NCBI GenBank assembly: GCA_040220235.1
Contig: JAVJTO010000026.1
DNA: 64,000 nucleotides
Strand: one strand, 5' to 3'
Origin: Coleofasciculus sp. B1-GNL1-01
GTDB lineage: Bacteria; Cyanobacteriota; Cyanobacteriia; Cyanobacteriales; Coleofasciculaceae
Of the stretch, positions 61,270 to 64,000 are shown one piece after another (position 1 is the stretch's first letter; each line of letters begins with the position of its first letter). The notes below the pieces were generated by a model. The model had not been told where the DNA came from. It saw only the letters and a program-made list of their open reading frames with translations, and ran no database searches. Made by a program: the position numbers and the translations under genes.

Positions 61270-62616
61270 ATGTCTTATAATTACGAACTCCTAATCATTG
61301 GCGCAGGATCTGGCGGTCTAGCGGCGGCGAAACGAGCCGCCGCTTACGATATCAGTGTTGCTGTGGTGGAAAAAGAATCCCTGGGTGGTACTTGTGTCAA
61401 TCGCGGCTGCATTCCCAAAAAATTAATGGTTTATGCGGCTGATTTTGCTTTGCAAGATCAACTCGCCACCAGCTATGGCTGGAGTGAATGTCAACGGCAG
61501 ATCAATTGGTCACAATTTCTCAGCAAAGTCCACCACCATATCGATAAACTGAATCAATCCTATCGGCAAACTCTGGAAGAAGCGGGAATCGACCTGATTC
61601 GCGGTCAAGCCAAATTTGTGGATGCTCATACGATAACTGTAAGCGATCGCCAAATTACTGCCAATAAAATTATTATTGCTGTGGGTGGACATCCCATTGT
61701 CCCAAACATCCCTGGCAAAGAGCATGGGATTACCTCCCGCGAAATGTTTCACCTGCAAGACTTGCCCAAGCGACTGGCAATTATTGGCGGCGGCTATATT
61801 GGTGTAGAATTTGCCAGTATGATGGATGCCCTGGGATCTGAGGTCACGCTGATGGAGGTCGAAGAGTCAATCTTACCCGGCTTTGATCACGATATCCGTA
61901 TGTCTGTGCAAAAGGGCTTAAGTCAACGGGGAATTCGGATTCTGACTCAAACGACAGCCAAAGAAATTAGCCAAGGAAGCGATGGAATCCAACTCAGCTT
62001 ATCTGGGGACTATCAGGAAACCCTGAACGCCGATACCGTCTTAATTGCCACCAGTCGCGCCCCCAATACGAAAAATTTGGGTTTGGAAAACACGGAGGTT
62101 AACGTCAGTGAAAAAGGCGTCATTGAGGTGGATGAGTACAGCCGCACGACGCAGGATACTATTTTTGCCATTGGCGATTGCACCAATCGTATCCCCCTAA
62201 CCCCCGTCGCCATCGCTGAAGGTCAAGCTGTTGTAGATACGGCGATTGGCAACCAGCCCCAGTCTGTAAATTACGACGATGTTCCCTCTGCGGTGTTTAC
62301 CCGCCCAGAAGCGGCGACTGTGGGAATGACACAAAGCAAGGCGCTTCAAAAATTTGGTGACTCCGTGCGCTGCTACCGCACTGAATTTAAACCGATGCTT
62401 TACAGCCTGAGTGAACAAGACGAAAAAGCGATGATTAAATTAATCGCTGAGGGAGAAAACCAACGCATCGTGGGCGCTCAGATGGTGGGTGAACATGCGG
62501 CGGATATTATGCAAACTCTCGCCGTGGCGATTCGCCAGGGTATCAACAAGCAAGAGCTAGATGCGACGATTTGTATCCATCCCACGATTGGAGAAGAGGT
62601 TCTCACGCTGGATTAA
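61270..62616 (+). CDS. gor: Glutathione reductase
   Basis: GAGSGG, GGTCVNRGCIPKK, GGGYIG, LTPVAI, HPTIGEE; probable ATG at 61270. Confidence 0.88.
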   Translation: MSYNYELLIIGAGSGGLAAAKRAAAYDISVAVVEKESLGGTCVNRGCIPKKLMVYAADFALQDQLATSYGWSECQRQINWSQFLSKVHHHIDKLNQSYRQTLEEAGIDLIRGQAKFVDAHTITVSDRQITANKIIIAVGGHPIVPNIPGKEHGITSREMFHLQDLPKRLAIIGGGYIGVEFASMMDALGSEVTLMEVEESILPGFDHDIRMSVQKGLSQRGIRILTQTTAKEISQGSDGIQLSLSGDYQETLNADTVLIATSRAPNTKNLGLENTEVNVSEKGVIEVDEYSRTTQDTIFAIGDCTNRIPLTPVAIAEGQAVVDTAIGNQPQSVNYDDVPSAVFTRPEAATVGMTQSKALQKFGDSVRCYRTEFKPMLYSLSEQDEKAMIKLIAEGENQRIVGAQMVGEHAADIMQTLAVAIRQGINKQELDATICIHPTIGEEVLTLD

Positions 62617-62739
62617 TGGGGAAGCCAATCCTATTTTCAGCAAATTGTATTCAGGCACACATTGGTACACTCAGACAAATTACAAATGACAAGACTCGTC
62701 CCCCTATAATTGAGGAAAATCAAGAGCAAAGTAGCCCAA

Positions 62740-64000
62740 ATGAGTGCAACAAATAGCGCTAAAAAAATAAAATTCGGTACCGATGGCTGGCGGGGAATCA
62801 TCGCTGATGATTTTACCTTCGCCAATGTCTGTAAGGTAACTCGTGCGATCGCGAATTATCTGGATACAGCCTACGGCAAAGACCGCACCGTCTTGGTAGC
62901 TTACGATACCCGCTTTCTGGCTGATGAGTTTGCCCGCACTGCTGCTGAGGTTTTGGCAGACTTGGGCTGGACGGTGAAAATTGTCAACCGGGATTGTCCG
63001 ACGCCAGTGATTGCCTATCAAGCACGTCAACTCAACTCAGCCGGAGCGCTGATGTTTACAGCATCCCACAATCCCGCTGCCTATTGCGGGATTAAATATA
63101 TTCCGGATTATGCAGGTCCTGCTACCCCGGAAATTACGGATACGATTGTTTCCAATATTGCTGGGGCAGATGATTCACTGCCTAGTGGTAAGTCGGGTGA
63201 TAAAATTTCTACCTTTGATCCGAAACCGGATTATTTACAGTTTATTTACACGCTACTAGACGTAGAGCGGATTCGGCGGGCGCAACTCAACGTAAAATAC
63301 GATGCCCTCTATTCCACCTCTCGCGGTTATCTGGATGATGTCCTAGAAAACTGCGGCTGTCAGACTGAAGCTTTTAACACCACCCGTGATGTCTTATTTG
63401 GTGGCGGAATGCCCGAACCCAAAGGCGAGTATCTGGTAGGGTTAAGAGAAGCCGTGACGCGAGATAATGCGGATTTAGGTCTAGCCACTGATGGAGATAG
63501 CGATCGCTTTGGTATCGTAGATGAACAGGGTAATGTACTAACCCCCAATACTGTGCTATTGTTACTGGCACGTCACCTGATTAAAAACAAAGGTAAAAAA
63601 GGTGCGATCGTCCGTACCGTTGCCACAACTCACCTATTGGATAACTTTGCCGTAAAACATGGTCTAGAAACTTACGAGACAGCCGTCGGTTTCAAATACA
63701 TTGGTCAGAAAATGCGGGAAACCGAGGTGCTGATTGGCGGTGAAGAATCCGGGGGATTGAGCATTATTGGGCATATTCCTGAAAAAGATGGTATTTTAGC
63801 CAATATGCTGGTGGCTGAAGCCATTGCCTATGAAGGTAAACCCCTAAGTCAGTTAGTCGAAGAAGCGATTAAAGAAGCGGATGGTCCGGTTTACAACCAG
63901 CGTCTAGACTTGCATTTGAACGAGGATCACAAAGCTGCTGTTCTAGACACTTGTACCAAAAATCCCCCTAAAGAAGTGGCTGGAATTAAGGTTAAAGAAG
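62740..64000 (+). CDS. Phosphoglucomutase/phosphomannomutase (runs off the window end)
   Basis: KFGTDGWRG, TASHNP, TDGDSDRFG, GFKYIG, GGEESGG; missing from the ORF track because there is no stop in the window. Confidence 0.93.
   Translation, partial: MSATNSAKKIKFGTDGWRGIIADDFTFANVCKVTRAIANYLDTAYGKDRTVLVAYDTRFLADEFARTAAEVLADLGWTVKIVNRDCPTPVIAYQARQLNSAGALMFTASHNPAAYCGIKYIPDYAGPATPEITDTIVSNIAGADDSLPSGKSGDKISTFDPKPDYLQFIYTLLDVERIRRAQLNVKYDALYSTSRGYLDDVLENCGCQTEAFNTTRDVLFGGGMPEPKGEYLVGLREAVTRDNADLGLATDGDSDRFGIVDEQGNVLTPNTVLLLLARHLIKNKGKKGAIVRTVATTHLLDNFAVKHGLETYETAVGFKYIGQKMRETEVLIGGEESGGLSIIGHIPEKDGILANMLVAEAIAYEGKPLSQLVEEAIKEADGPVYNQRLDLHLNEDHKAAVLDTCTKNPPKEVAGIKVKE

Larger units (their letters stand above)
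1..64000. repeat. HIP1 octamer GCGATCGC dispersed throughout
   Basis: Dozens of occurrences (e.g. 252, 2881, 3848, 5251, 42518), characteristic of cyanobacteria. Confidence 0.95.

Overview
Chromosomal segment of a cyanobacterium. Evidence: HIP1 GCGATCGC octamers throughout, pcyA, an hli gene, nrrA with a canonical NtcA promoter, devBCA and xisHI. gghA suggests a salt-tolerant, probably filamentous strain (inference). The backbone is housekeeping and metabolic genes: nifJ plus a DHOD-like gene, cimA, cbiG-cobJ, ureG, bicA-like SulP, gghA, malQ, glcEF, plsC, gor, and a phosphoglucomutase truncated by the window end. Between them lie at least seven small toxin-antitoxin/defence-like cassettes, several of them decayed, and many GTAG-type REPs, MITEs and short tandem repeats. 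The best candidate for an undescribed system is a coupled three-gene operon at 919-2771: STAS-GHKL kinase, DUF4325-like STAS protein, PIN nuclease. It looks like a partner-switching controlled toxin, and its kinase gene carries one in-frame TAG. Other notable signals: small repeat elements inserted in frame into three housekeeping genes, a head-to-head fusion of two truncated genes at a HIP1 site, near-identical operators in front of two unrelated RHH antitoxins, and toxin-deleted TA remnants. No rRNA, tRNA, CRISPR array or intact transposase was recognised. All family assignments come from motifs recognised by eye, without database searches.
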